Virus record (IMG/VR): IMGVR_UViG_3300020207_000022
Span: 1,834-65,833 of that record
DNA from: a virus
Taxonomy: Duplodnaviria; Caudoviricetes
DNA: 64,000 bases
Direction: 5' to 3' (one strand)
Position 1 is the first letter of the stretch, and each line of letters opens with the position of its first letter. The position numbers and the translations under genes are program-made. The notes beneath the pieces were generated by a model that searched no databases, was not told the origin of the DNA, and worked only from the letters and a program-made list of their open reading frames with translations. Below, piece by piece: positions 8,298 through 18,348 of this stretch.

Positions 8298-8954
8298 TTA
8301 CATGAATTGGTCAAGAGTACCTTGTTCCATCTTCGCTTTCATGTCTCTCCATTTCGTACTACGACCAGAAGATTTTGTTGTTGTCGTTTTTGGTTTGGAT
8401 TTGGGTTTGGGTTTGGATTTTGATTTAGTGGTCTTACGAGGTTTACGTGTTTTCTTCTTTTTAGCTTTTTCTTCTTCTGCCTCTAACCGTGCAAGTTCTA
8501 ATTCACGTTCTTCACGTTCTTTTTTTCTTTCTTCTGCACGTTGTTCTGCGAGTAACTTTTCTTCTTCTCGACGTTTCTCCATCTCTGCGAGGATTTTTTT
8601 CTCTTCACGTGCAGCTGCACGTTTTTGTTTTGTCTGTTCTTTTTTCCATTTCTCGTCAAGCAAATCCCAAGTTTTTTGAGTAGTCTTTTTCAAACGAGTT
8701 GACAATTTTTTGTCTTCTTGACCACGTTTCCAGAGTGATATGCACTTCTCCCACATCTCTTCTGTATCGTTATATCTGCAGTCATATAAGACGTGCCAGT
8801 CCCACGTCATAGTAGAAAAGGTTAGTATGTTCCTTCCATTCTTAAGCGGGACTGTGATAGCGTATAATGCGCCTCCTGAGTGTTCTAGTATTTGATCTAT
8901 CAAAGATCGATCAAACTTTTCTCTTGTATCAGTCTGTGCTGTTCTTTTGTTCAT
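8298..8954 (-). CDS. hypothetical protein with charged coiled coil and Lys/Thr-rich tail
   Basis: 218-aa ORF. Confidence 0.7.
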   Translation of the reverse strand: MNKRTAQTDTREKFDRSLIDQILEHSGGALYAITVPLKNGRNILTFSTMTWDWHVLYDCRYNDTEEMWEKCISLWKRGQEDKKLSTRLKKTTQKTWDLLDEKWKKEQTKQKRAAAREEKKILAEMEKRREEEKLLAEQRAEERKKEREERELELARLEAEEEKAKKKKTRKPRKTTKSKSKPKPKSKPKTTTTKSSGRSTKWRDMKAKMEQGTLDQFM

Positions 8955-9687
8955 ATACCAAATCTCTCACATCATGTTGTGGTATCCATCCCAACTCTCT
9001 TAAGTTGGTAATGTCTGCGCAAGTAAACTCTCGTTCATTTGGTGTTGATAATCTGACTGGAAGATTTCTATCTTTGACTAGTTCAGAAATTTTCACTGGA
9101 TCCCCAGTGCCTATGTCAGTAACACCACCGATTTCGTTATCGATCAAAACTTCTATTGCATCACATAGATCATCTATATGTATGAAATCTCGTCTATGTG
9201 TCGTCACATATTCTAGTTCATCATCGAACAGTTTTTGAAGGAACATTCCATTTCGTGGTTTATCAGAATAAACTGTATGAAATCGCATTCCAAGATTGTT
9301 TGGATGTTTGGTTGCAGCTTCTTCTATGATAAATTTACTCGCTGCATAAGGGTTCAGTTCTGGTTCGTACATACTGGAAGAACTCGCATAAAGGATTCGT
9401 GTGCGAGTGTATCGTTCAAATATTCTTTTTGAAACTTCGACGTTGTTGCGCCAGTATGCCGATGGATCTTCAATACTTTCACGGACCCCAGATTTACCTG
9501 CAAGGTGAATAATAAGATCCATACCTGATGGTAATTCGCAGTTCAAAAGATCTTGCGAATTGTTGATACCATCCCGATCCCAACCTTCTTTTAGGTCAAT
9601 ACCAATCACTTCCATCTCTCTGTCGATCAGACGTTGATGCAAGTGAGAACCAATAAAACCTTTATGTCCTGTAAGTAATACTCTCAT
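8929..9687 (-). CDS. NAD-dependent epimerase/dehydratase
   Basis: LLTGHKGFIGS Rossmann motif, HLAG, ASSSS, YAASK. Confidence 0.9.
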   Translation of the reverse strand: MRVLLTGHKGFIGSHLHQRLIDREMEVIGIDLKEGWDRDGINNSQDLLNCELPSGMDLIIHLAGKSGVRESIEDPSAYWRNNVEVSKRIFERYTRTRILYASSSSMYEPELNPYAASKFIIEEAATKHPNNLGMRFHTVYSDKPRNGMFLQKLFDDELEYVTTHRRDFIHIDDLCDAIEVLIDNEIGGVTDIGTGDPVKISELVKDRNLPVRLSTPNEREFTCADITNLRELGWIPQHDVRDLVYEQKNSTD

Positions 9688-9702
9688 TGAAAATCCTTGA
9701 AT

Positions 9703-9779
9703 TGGTCTTGGTGGCAGGATTCGAACCTGCGATCTTCTGGTCCCAAACCAGACGCCTTACCAGACTAGGCCACACCAAG
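9703..9779 (-). tRNA. tRNA-Pro(UGG) with encoded CCA
   Basis: cloverleaf: CTTGGTG/CACCAAG acceptor, TCTGG-TTTGGGA-CCAGA anticodon arm, GGTTCGAATCC T-loop. Confidence 0.93.
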
Positions 9780-9781
9780 AT

Positions 9782-9866
9782 TGGCACAGGTGGTGAGATT
9801 CGAACTCACTTAGCTTACGCACTGGTTTTGGAGACCAGCCTACCTCTCCAACTGTAGCGCACCCGC
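9782..9866 (-). tRNA. tRNA with CCA (Trp) anticodon and 12-nt variable region, 85 nt
   Basis: GCGGGTG/CACCTGT acceptor, CTAC/GTAG D-stem, CTGGT-CTCCAAA-ACCAG anticodon arm, GTGAG-TTCGAAT-CTCAC T-arm, G73, CCA. Confidence 0.88.
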
Positions 9867-9873
9867 AATATTG

Positions 9874-9893
9874 AGTGGGGGTTACCCCCCACT
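9874..9893. terminator. GC-rich hairpin between the DUF932-like gene and the tRNAs
   Basis: AGTGGGGG-TTAC-CCCCCACT; the T-tract is on the + strand only, so on the coding strand it may be a processing/stability stem. Confidence 0.55.
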
Positions 9894-9894
9894 T

Positions 9895-10851
9895 TTATGC
9901 TGCTTCTGCAAACTCCAATGCAGTGTTCAATGCGTCAACTTTACGTTTTGCGTTGACACCAAACCATGCAGAAGTCATACGAGTGTCTGCAGAACGACCC
10001 AACTCGTGGTCTGTCATGTAGGTTACTGCATTGTATGCATTCCACCATGTGCCAGGACGGAACTCGTTGCCAGGCTGGGTCTCTACGACTTCCAATGCAC
10101 GTTGTGCAGTACGAGAAAGTTCTTTACCTTCTTTGGTAGACTCACCGAAAACCTTCTTCAAGAAGTTCTGAAGTTCTTGTTTCTGGTAGTTCTTTGAACC
10201 AAGGAACTCTGCAGCTTCTTTGAAACGTTCTACTTTATTGTGTCCAATACCAAGAGTCTGTTTTACCAGATCCGCATTGAACTGAGAACGGTGATTGATG
10301 CGAACGCCAGGCATACCCTTTTCGTTCAACGCCACAGTCAATGTGTTGTTGCAGACAACACGTTCCATAACGAACTTGATGTCGATTGCTTTACCGTACT
10401 GGTGTGGGTTAGAGAAAAGAAGATAACCCTTCACTTCGTCTCCACCAAACAGTGAGAAACCATCACGTACATCTGCAAGTGCCCAGACGATCTGACCGCC
10501 TTTGAGTGAACCTGCAGTATCCATGATCATATCACCATTGGATACAAACTCTGTGAAGAATTCGAACGCCTCTGCGTTCTGTACTGGATTCCAGCCTGGT
10601 CCTACTTGGGTAAGAATCTTACCGTCTGTGGAACGGACAAGTGCTTGTTGACCAGTTGCGTGATTGTCGCCTTTGTAGCGATAGAATGTGTCGACCTTCT
10701 CGACTTCCCAATCTAGACCTGCCGCCTCCATCATCATCTGAGGTGTCATGAAGTCATGAACTGGGGTTCCTAGACCGTGCCAAGGGCGACCTTTTGATTC
10801 ACGGTACGCCATCTGTGCTTGACCATTTACGATCTCTAATTCGTGTGCCAT
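9895..10851 (-). CDS. DUF932 / TIGR03299 phage-plasmid protein
   Basis: PWHGLG, AGLDWEV, PVQN, TAGSLKGG, RVVCNNTL, GTWWNAYNAVT. Confidence 0.9.
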   Translation of the reverse strand: MAHELEIVNGQAQMAYRESKGRPWHGLGTPVHDFMTPQMMMEAAGLDWEVEKVDTFYRYKGDNHATGQQALVRSTDGKILTQVGPGWNPVQNAEAFEFFTEFVSNGDMIMDTAGSLKGGQIVWALADVRDGFSLFGGDEVKGYLLFSNPHQYGKAIDIKFVMERVVCNNTLTVALNEKGMPGVRINHRSQFNADLVKQTLGIGHNKVERFKEAAEFLGSKNYQKQELQNFLKKVFGESTKEGKELSRTAQRALEVVETQPGNEFRPGTWWNAYNAVTYMTDHELGRSADTRMTSAWFGVNAKRKVDALNTALEFAEAA

Positions 10852-10893
10852 AATGATTCTCCTATCAGGATGTTTAACTCAATTTACACGTAT

Positions 10894-10922
10894 ACTATAT
10901 ATGATTTGAAAACAAAAGTCAA
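10894..10922 (-). promoter_or_regulatory. sigma70-type early promoter
   Basis: TTGACT-17-TATAGT. Confidence 0.75.
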
Positions 10923-10950
10923 GCACTTTTTTAAAATAATTGTATTTTTT

Positions 10951-11358
10951 TTAATGTGGGTATTTTGAGGGGATGTCAAGTCCATCTAACATGTCAAAAG
11001 TCATGTGTCCTAAATCAGACTTTATCAAATCGACGACATCTGGGTAAAGACTTGCGGTTTGCACTGGTGCCGTTTTCAGTCTAAGTTTTTTGGCAGTAGG
11101 CCCAAAAGAGTCGAGAATAAACCTTCGTGCTTCTTCTCTTGTCTCAAACGAACAGGCTCTTGGAACTGAGAAGGGATTGTCTTTTGCAAACAGTGCAAAC
11201 GATCTATCCAAATCATAAGGTGGGATGTATTCGTCTTCTCCTAAAAACTCTTCTTCTATTTTTTGTTTGAAATCTGCCATAGTATATGTACCCAAGAAAA
11301 TACCATTCTCGTCGTCGACAATCACATATCTTGTTTGTCGTTTGGGTAATTCGATCAT
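10951..11358 (-). CDS. hypothetical protein
   Basis: likely start MIELPK after GGAGA. Confidence 0.65.
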   Translation of the reverse strand: MIELPKRQTRYVIVDDENGIFLGTYTMADFKQKIEEEFLGEDEYIPPYDLDRSFALFAKDNPFSVPRACSFETREEARRFILDSFGPTAKKLRLKTAPVQTASLYPDVVDLIKSDLGHMTFDMLDGLDIPSKYPH

Positions 11359-11383
11359 ATGTTCTCCGATTAATAGGATATCA

Positions 11384-11593
11384 TCAATATTCTTTGTAGT
11401 GACCAAGTTCTTCATTTTCAATATATCCCGCCCTATATGCTTCAATTTCTTCCTCAGTCATTTGCTCTTTTTCAACACGTTTAGACTGATAGGTTGCGCC
11501 TTCATAGAAGTGTGGATCAAACCCACGTCGATAGTAACTATCTGCGCTACCCCTATCAAATGGTCCGCCGTGTCTTTCGTCATACTTCAACAT
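11384..11593 (-). CDS. conserved small phage protein
   Basis: RHGGPFDRGSADSYYRR motif, AAGGA RBS. Confidence 0.75.
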   Translation of the reverse strand: MLKYDERHGGPFDRGSADSYYRRGFDPHFYEGATYQSKRVEKEQMTEEEIEAYRAGYIENEELGHYKEY

Positions 11594-11662
11594 TGTCTTC
11601 CTTATATTTTACCGATCCAATGTGTACAGTCGTCACACGGATCATCCCATCGTTCTGGGACC

Positions 11663-12331
11663 TCATCTTTCGTAGAGTTCTCCATAGCTTTCCCTTACCG
11701 CTTTGAAGTGTTGCAAGTAATCGTATGTATCGATCTTGAACACGAGTGGTTCGGAGTCATCCACAGACATCACGATCACACCTTGTTTAACTGGGATACC
11801 AGTCCTTTCATAAAACGCCGCAGCGTAAAAACTCATTTGCATAAAGTAGTTTAGAATGTCTTTTTCTTTCTTTACACGCTTAGAAGTCTTAAAGTCGATG
11901 ATGGATAGTTCTCCATCCCACTCTGCAATGCAGTCTACTTGTCCTGCGCACTTCAAAATGTCACTGTAAAGAAATGCTTCTTGAAACCAAACATTGTCTA
12001 GATTTTTATCAAGAAGTGTTTTAAGTGTGTTGAAAGTCATAATGTTGGCGGGCATGTGTTTTGCAGTGTACTCTGGGACATTGTCGATATAGTCCTCACA
12101 GAGTTTGTGAACTGCAGTCCCACGTTTGCTCGCTTGACTCGAAATCTTATTTGCTTCTGCATCCCCCACACGTTTTCTCCATGCGAGGATTGCTTCTTTA
12201 TTTAGTATAGAAAGAACAGTAGTGACGGAAGGGTAGGCATTGCCTTCGGGAGTGAAGTACTTCCGTCCTTTCTCTGTCGTCTCTCTTGTTATTTTCGGTA
12301 ATTCAATACCATGATCTACATGGGTAAACAT
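11663..12331 (-). CDS. Cas4-like PD-(D/E)XK exonuclease
   Basis: YPSVTTVL, WRKRVG, RGTAVH, AGQVDC, IIDFKTS, QxxxYA. Confidence 0.9.
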   Translation of the reverse strand: MFTHVDHGIELPKITRETTEKGRKYFTPEGNAYPSVTTVLSILNKEAILAWRKRVGDAEANKISSQASKRGTAVHKLCEDYIDNVPEYTAKHMPANIMTFNTLKTLLDKNLDNVWFQEAFLYSDILKCAGQVDCIAEWDGELSIIDFKTSKRVKKEKDILNYFMQMSFYAAAFYERTGIPVKQGVIVMSVDDSEPLVFKIDTYDYLQHFKAVRESYGELYER

Positions 12332-12360
12332 AATATAACCTTATTCGTTATTCTTTGTGT

Positions 12361-12389
12361 ACTATATCATATGTGTGAGGGGTTGTCAA
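12361..12389 (-). promoter_or_regulatory. sigma70-type promoter
   Basis: TTGACA-17-TATAGT. Confidence 0.75.
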
Positions 12390-12400
12390 CTATAATCTAG

Positions 12401-13237
12401 TCATACAGCAACTTCCCAAAGGCGATCATTAAAAGAACGACCAAAAAACATCTTTGTTCCAGTGTTGTTAAATTGTAGCGAAAGTGGACCAACTAGTTCA
12501 GCGTCATCAAAGTCAATACTGTCATAGCTTGCGGTGCTAATATCCCAAGCAGTTGTCATACTGTATTGTCTAATATCGTCCGTATCATTTCCATGCACCC
12601 ACACATATTCTCCTGTCGGCGCAAACCACAATGCTGAAGGACTTGTTTGGGAGCCTTCAGTGGCTAGGTTTAATTCTACGCTGTCATAACTCGCAGTGCT
12701 AATGTCCCAAGCAGCGCTAAGGGTATGTTGAAACACTTTGTCCGTAGAATTGCCTGTTGTATAAAGTTTTAGGCCATCAGAACGAATAAAGAAATCTTTT
12801 GTTACGGTGCTTTGCAAAGGACTATAAGACTTACTGTCTGACGTAGCAGTCGAGATGTCCCATGCAGTGCTTAAAGAGTACTGCCTAATGATATCCGTTG
12901 TTCCTACAGCATTCTCAGCTATATAAACTTTTGTTCCATCATCTTTAAAGAATATACTTGCAATCGTTTCAGTGAATGTTTTCTCATTATCAACCGTTGA
13001 GCTAACAGTTGTTATATCCCACGCAGTTGATGCGGTATGTGTATGAACATCCGTGTCGTCTGCCTCGATAAAAAGTTTTGTTCCATCGTAACTCCAACGG
13101 AAACAGCCTGTATATGCTCCGTGCGGAGAAGCAAAGTATGTTGTGTTTTTTACACCACTAGCAATGTCAGGGTGCGTCCACACAGACAATCCCATACCCG
13201 ATAATGATCGTCCTGTTAAACTTGTTAATCTAGGCAT
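12401..13237 (-). CDS. beta-propeller virion/adhesin protein with (S/T)AWDI(S/T)T repeats
   Basis: four ~50-aa blades containing F..DGTK.Y and Y.LSTAWDISTA; likely start MPRLTS overlapping the fibre stop. Confidence 0.75.
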   Translation of the reverse strand: MPRLTSLTGRSLSGMGLSVWTHPDIASGVKNTTYFASPHGAYTGCFRWSYDGTKLFIEADDTDVHTHTASTAWDITTVSSTVDNEKTFTETIASIFFKDDGTKVYIAENAVGTTDIIRQYSLSTAWDISTATSDSKSYSPLQSTVTKDFFIRSDGLKLYTTGNSTDKVFQHTLSAAWDISTASYDSVELNLATEGSQTSPSALWFAPTGEYVWVHGNDTDDIRQYSMTTAWDISTASYDSIDFDDAELVGPLSLQFNNTGTKMFFGRSFNDRLWEVAV

Positions 13238-16200
13238 TATGAATAACTCGTTGCTGAACCAATAACTTTCCACGCACCGCCTGAAGATCTAATTAAAGTG
13301 AAACTTACAATATCAGTTCCACTTGCAGTACCACTTGGAGCAGATCCACCTTGCCATAGAATAGTCTGTGCAGATCCATCAATCTGAACTGCTGTTGGCA
13401 TATACGCAGTACCACCTTGACTTAAAATCAATGCGACACCGATAGTTCTACTTACAGTCGTAGGAACATTCGTAAAGTTTGCAGTAAAGTCTGCAGCCAA
13501 ACTTGTATGATCGAATACCGCACCATCATTTAAGTTGTGTGTAACAACACCAGTTGCACCAGTTAGTGCATTTGTCTTTTCAGTTGTGATGTCATTAAAC
13601 GTTACCTTACCAAACATATTGATTGGTGTGCCACCCGCTGCTGACTGAGAACCAATGTTGACATTATCCTGCGAAAGACTGTTACCGATATCGATATCAA
13701 GAGAAGAATATATTAAGACGTTACTACCAGAAAGTCTTAAATCCCTAGTTCCAGTATCCGTATCTGCCGAAATTGTCAGTCCAGTATTCGAAAACGGCTT
13801 GACATATCCAACATTTGTCCCATCCGCAGCTTTGAAATTGACAAGCGGTTCACCACTATTGAGACTATTCAATTCTAATACAGTAGTGTCAGTACCGTTT
13901 ATTGCAAGATTAAATTTCATTGATCCATCATAGTCACCTGCAGTAGTGTCTTCAGCGGTTACTATGATCTGTGCATAATCTTTATAAGTTGTGTATGTGG
14001 TCTCACCAGCTCTAAAATTCAAACGACCAATTACAGTATCATCTTCAGGAGTGTAGTCTGAGTTTGTGAGGATAAGGTTGGTTGGGTGTGATTGGTTAAA
14101 TGTAGTTGTCGCCCCAAAGAAGTAAGAAGCATCTCTAGCAGTGGAATTCAAAGTCATACGGAAGTCTGGTCCACCAAACGGATCCCATCTTGGCGTTCCA
14201 CTAATATGTTGACTAGAGTCACGAAGAATACCCATACCGTGTGGAACTTCTTCTGTGTGTCCTTCAGGAATGTAACTATTCTGTGACGCAGTACCATTGT
14301 TCGCATCACCAAACACGAAGAACGCAAGTGCACCATAGATTTCGTTGCCTGGGACAATCTCTGCATTGCCTGATGCCCCACCGTTAAATCCACCAAAGTC
14401 AGATCTATCAGACATTACTTCAGTGTTTGCATATGCACTAAATCTTAAAAGGTTTTGATCGTCAGAAACAATTGATCTAACCTTTGCATCTGCGTTCTGA
14501 TCAGTATAAACATCATAACTTGTCGCCGTACCACCGACTACACTTGTGAATGACAACCCACCTGCACTGATTGGTCTCTGCGTCAACTGCGTCCATGTGT
14601 TATAAGGTGTCGCCGCATTCATATCGTGAGCAATTGTCCTCAACATATTGTTTTGGAAATACATTGTCGCACGAGTTGCAGACTGACCAGTTGTTGTATC
14701 ATACCCCACAAATTGCAACGCAATATTTGTATCAGAGTAGATGTCGTTTGCAGTGTCTACTTCATCAATGAGGTAAAAGTCTGGACCTGCGTAGAATGGT
14801 TTCGTCGCATGTGTTCCAATATTGTTAACCACAGGATCGTTTGGGTTGAATGGATCAATACCAACTTTTACAAAAGTTTCTAACCCACCGTCCAATTTCG
14901 CTTGTAAATCTATATAACCAAAACTATCGTTTACCGTTATAGATGAAACCTGCGAAGGTTTAACAGAAATACGAGCATACTCTGTGAGAGTTAATGTACT
15001 ACCACCTTCATCAAGACCATCCCCAAAGAATCTAATATCACCTACAGATGAATTGATATTTGGTGTCACATCTCTATTTTCAAATACCAAAGAACCGTTA
15101 TTGATATTACCAGAAGTACTTCTAAACAATGTCAATGGAGTGTCTGATTCATCTCCTGCAGTTAGGACTTCATCTAAGGTGCTAGAACCTGTTGGGAATG
15201 CAATATAGTTAGTACCATCGTTAGTGAATTCCCAACGATCAAAACCTTCGTTCCAACGGATTGCAACGTTTGGCAAAACACCACGCTCTACATCAATGTA
15301 TGACCAGTTACTTGATGAACCACTTGGAGATCCCGACTGTGCAGAGTTTAGAATAATTCTACCACCATCAAATGCCTCACCAACAACATTGATATTTCCG
15401 TTCGCAGTAATTGTGCTTGCAGAAATTGATCCTCTACCTGTTACTGTCGCAAAGGTATCCGTTTCTGTGTAACTTGTCAAATAACCACTTAAATCTGGTG
15501 GGGTGAAATCAAACACACCGTTTGCATATGATAGTGCTGCAGACCCCGCAGCAGCAGTTGTTACACTGAAGTCGTTAAGAGTGACGCCTGATTGCGCAAC
15601 CCAATCAAACCCCGAACCAGTCCAACTAAGTACTTCGTTTGCACCCGCACCTGCAGTTCCCAAACCACTTGTCATGACACTATCAAGAGTACTAACTTCC
15701 CATGCAGAATTTGTGCCGTTATACTGTATCAGATCAGTATCTGCCAATCCTGTAAGATCAACATCCGTTAAATCACCAAAGACAGTAGCTCCACCTGCAC
15801 CTGCGGATGTAATGTAAGTGTTTGTGTCGTAATACCATTCGCCGCCCACATTTCTTAAGAACCCATCACCAGAAGATGCAACAACATTTGCAACTGCAGA
15901 AGCGGTGAAGACTGGATCTGTTTCTGTTCCACCTCCTAATCCAGAAAGATCTGGTGGGGTGAACGTGAATAGACCAGTAGAGCTGTCATAAGACAACGAA
16001 CCGTTACCGCTTGGAACCTCATTGTTTGCAGAAAGATCACTAAGTGTAATACCTGTAGACTGAAGGTTTGCAGAGAAAACACCAGTGGTGTCGTTGTATG
16101 AAATGTCACCACTTGCGCTTAGATCTGCTAAAGTAATATATCCTGCACCATTACTAAATGTTGCTACGTTTGCGGTTTCCAATGCAACTGCAACACCACC

Positions 16201-18348
16201 GACAGTCAACCCACCAAATTCTGCAGAGTTTGTTGTTGTAGAACCGTTTGTGGTAACTTGATCCAAGTTTAATGTGGATGTAGGAATGTCGTTTGCAGTG
16301 ATGTAAGTATTTGCGTCCCAATACCAGTTGTTTGCGTTATCTTGTCTGAGGAAACCTTCACCATCCACAATAAGACTTGTTGTATGTGCATTAAAGATGG
16401 GATCTGTTTCTTCTTCAAGGAATGTATTTGCTTCGTATGACCAGTTTCCACCCCCATCGTTTACAAGTCTACCAGTACCATTAATTATATTATATGTGGT
16501 GTGAGCGGTAAATACTGGGTCTGTTTCAGATCCAGCTGCAGTCAGATATGTGTTCGAATCATAGAACCAGTTGCCCGAACCGTCTTGTTTAAGGAAACCA
16601 AGACCATCGTTGATATTCGCAGTAGTATGCGCAGAGAAGACGGGATCCGTTTCAACGAGAGTGTTTGCAGTTAGATATGTGGTTGTCGCAATGTAAGACC
16701 AGTTGTCTGCACCATCATTCACCAAAAGACCGTTACCGTTACCAATGTTGTACGTTCTGTGAGCAGTGAACACTGGATCTGATTCTGCACCTGCTGATGT
16801 TACATAAGTGTTTGTATCGTAGAACCACTCACCACCAATATTTTTAAGGAAACCTTCTGTGACAGCTATGTCAACGTTCGCAACTGCAGACGCAGAGAAG
16901 ATTGGATCGGTTTCGTTTACAATGTAATTCTGCAAGTCAGTGATTTGACTTTCAGTGATACGAAGATCTGCTTGGTGTTGAACCACACTTGTATTAGAAA
17001 TATATGCATCTGGTACAATCGCCCAAACAACAGATTGCGTCAAGTCATTAGATTCTGCACCTGCAGATTGTGCAATATATGTTAACCCTGTAGCTTGGTT
17101 GTTAACTGCGACAAGTTGGTTACCTGCACCAACATAGTTTGCAGGAGTGTCCGAAAGTGCAAGAAAAGACGTTGCACCACCACCACTGCCGGAAGGCGCA
17201 TCTTGAAAACTGAATGCACTACCATTGGAAGTTAGAATTTGACCATTTGCGCCAGAACCACCCACAACATCAACCAATTCGAGTAAAGATGCATTTGAGA
17301 TGCCCGCATTTGTCAAATCTGTGGGAATATTCTGTAGACTTGTATATTCTCCATCGAATTCTGAATAGTCAGTACCTGCCACAGCAGCACTAATATTTCC
17401 CGCACCATCTGACTTTACAATACCTGTAACTGCGCCAACAACAGGATCTGTTTCAGATCCACCGCTACCGCCTAATGACACCCACTGGAAGTCTGAACCA
17501 TTCCATTGCAAGTATTCATTAGAGTTTGCAGAGTTTGTGTTTAAGTGCGAACTAACATCAGTGTCACCATAAGAACCAGTAACTGTTAGGTCACCAGAAC
17601 CAAGTATGGATGCGCCATTGATTGTTTTAATGTTTGTACCAGAAACCAAAATTTCTTGCGCATCTGTGATACCATAACCAGACAAAGTTGTGGGGGCACC
17701 AGTTAGTGAAGAGAATGCACCATCAAACGCATCGGTAATACCGAACCCTGCAATTGTAGTTGGTTTATTTGTAAGAGTAGTCCAGTCTGCAGTTGCAGTA
17801 ACAGTTAAATCACCCGTTCCAAGAATAGATTGGCTGTTGATTGTCTTAATGTTTGTACCAGAAACTAGAAGCGCTTGTGCATCTGTAATACCGTATCCTG
17901 CAACAGTTGTTGGGGTTCCTGTCAAAGAAGAGAATGCAAAGTCTTGTGAAAAGGTAGCGTTGATTGTAAGCGTGTCAGTCGTCGCATTTGTTGTAAGACT
18001 GATGTTTGTACCTGCGGCAAAATTAATAGTGTCCGTTGTGCTGTCTGCAGCGATAGTTGTTTGACCAGATACTGCAAAGTTACTGAATGCATTTTGGTTC
18101 GGATCACCAGATCCACCACCGCCACCAAGACCACCCCAACCGCCGTTGATGTAACCTTCAAACTGGTTTAGTTGAGTGTTATATCTGAGAAATCCGTTCG
18201 TTGGGGAACCGTCTCTTTGTGCAGTCGTTCCTGCAGGGATTTGAATCGAACCAGTCGAACTAGTGCGTGGTGCGATTGCTTCTAAGTTGTCATCCATCTC
18301 TTGGTACGTAAGGGATGAACCTTTAGTAATTCGTTTTGTAATAGCCAT
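13237..18348 (-). CDS. long tail fibre / structural fibre protein (1703 aa)
   Basis: N-terminal KGSxLTxxEMDxN and PxGTTAQR..G..RYNT...FEGY anchor motifs; PTTxxGYGITDA and ETDPVF repeats; G/S/T-rich. Confidence 0.85.
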   Translation of the reverse strand: MAITKRITKGSSLTYQEMDDNLEAIAPRTSSTGSIQIPAGTTAQRDGSPTNGFLRYNTQLNQFEGYINGGWGGLGGGGGSGDPNQNAFSNFAVSGQTTIAADSTTDTINFAAGTNISLTTNATTDTLTINATFSQDFAFSSLTGTPTTVAGYGITDAQALLVSGTNIKTINSQSILGTGDLTVTATADWTTLTNKPTTIAGFGITDAFDGAFSSLTGAPTTLSGYGITDAQEILVSGTNIKTINGASILGSGDLTVTGSYGDTDVSSHLNTNSANSNEYLQWNGSDFQWVSLGGSGGSETDPVVGAVTGIVKSDGAGNISAAVAGTDYSEFDGEYTSLQNIPTDLTNAGISNASLLELVDVVGGSGANGQILTSNGSAFSFQDAPSGSGGGATSFLALSDTPANYVGAGNQLVAVNNQATGLTYIAQSAGAESNDLTQSVVWAIVPDAYISNTSVVQHQADLRITESQITDLQNYIVNETDPIFSASAVANVDIAVTEGFLKNIGGEWFYDTNTYVTSAGAESDPVFTAHRTYNIGNGNGLLVNDGADNWSYIATTTYLTANTLVETDPVFSAHTTANINDGLGFLKQDGSGNWFYDSNTYLTAAGSETDPVFTAHTTYNIINGTGRLVNDGGGNWSYEANTFLEEETDPIFNAHTTSLIVDGEGFLRQDNANNWYWDANTYITANDIPTSTLNLDQVTTNGSTTTNSAEFGGLTVGGVAVALETANVATFSNGAGYITLADLSASGDISYNDTTGVFSANLQSTGITLSDLSANNEVPSGNGSLSYDSSTGLFTFTPPDLSGLGGGTETDPVFTASAVANVVASSGDGFLRNVGGEWYYDTNTYITSAGAGGATVFGDLTDVDLTGLADTDLIQYNGTNSAWEVSTLDSVMTSGLGTAGAGANEVLSWTGSGFDWVAQSGVTLNDFSVTTAAAGSAALSYANGVFDFTPPDLSGYLTSYTETDTFATVTGRGSISASTITANGNINVVGEAFDGGRIILNSAQSGSPSGSSSNWSYIDVERGVLPNVAIRWNEGFDRWEFTNDGTNYIAFPTGSSTLDEVLTAGDESDTPLTLFRSTSGNINNGSLVFENRDVTPNINSSVGDIRFFGDGLDEGGSTLTLTEYARISVKPSQVSSITVNDSFGYIDLQAKLDGGLETFVKVGIDPFNPNDPVVNNIGTHATKPFYAGPDFYLIDEVDTANDIYSDTNIALQFVGYDTTTGQSATRATMYFQNNMLRTIAHDMNAATPYNTWTQLTQRPISAGGLSFTSVVGGTATSYDVYTDQNADAKVRSIVSDDQNLLRFSAYANTEVMSDRSDFGGFNGGASGNAEIVPGNEIYGALAFFVFGDANNGTASQNSYIPEGHTEEVPHGMGILRDSSQHISGTPRWDPFGGPDFRMTLNSTARDASYFFGATTTFNQSHPTNLILTNSDYTPEDDTVIGRLNFRAGETTYTTYKDYAQIIVTAEDTTAGDYDGSMKFNLAINGTDTTVLELNSLNSGEPLVNFKAADGTNVGYVKPFSNTGLTISADTDTGTRDLRLSGSNVLIYSSLDIDIGNSLSQDNVNIGSQSAAGGTPINMFGKVTFNDITTEKTNALTGATGVVTHNLNDGAVFDHTSLAADFTANFTNVPTTVSRTIGVALILSQGGTAYMPTAVQIDGSAQTILWQGGSAPSGTASGTDIVSFTLIRSSGGAWKVIGSATSYS

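Noticed and set aside
8380-8470. TTTGG repeats
   Set aside because: They encode a low-complexity KPKSK tail
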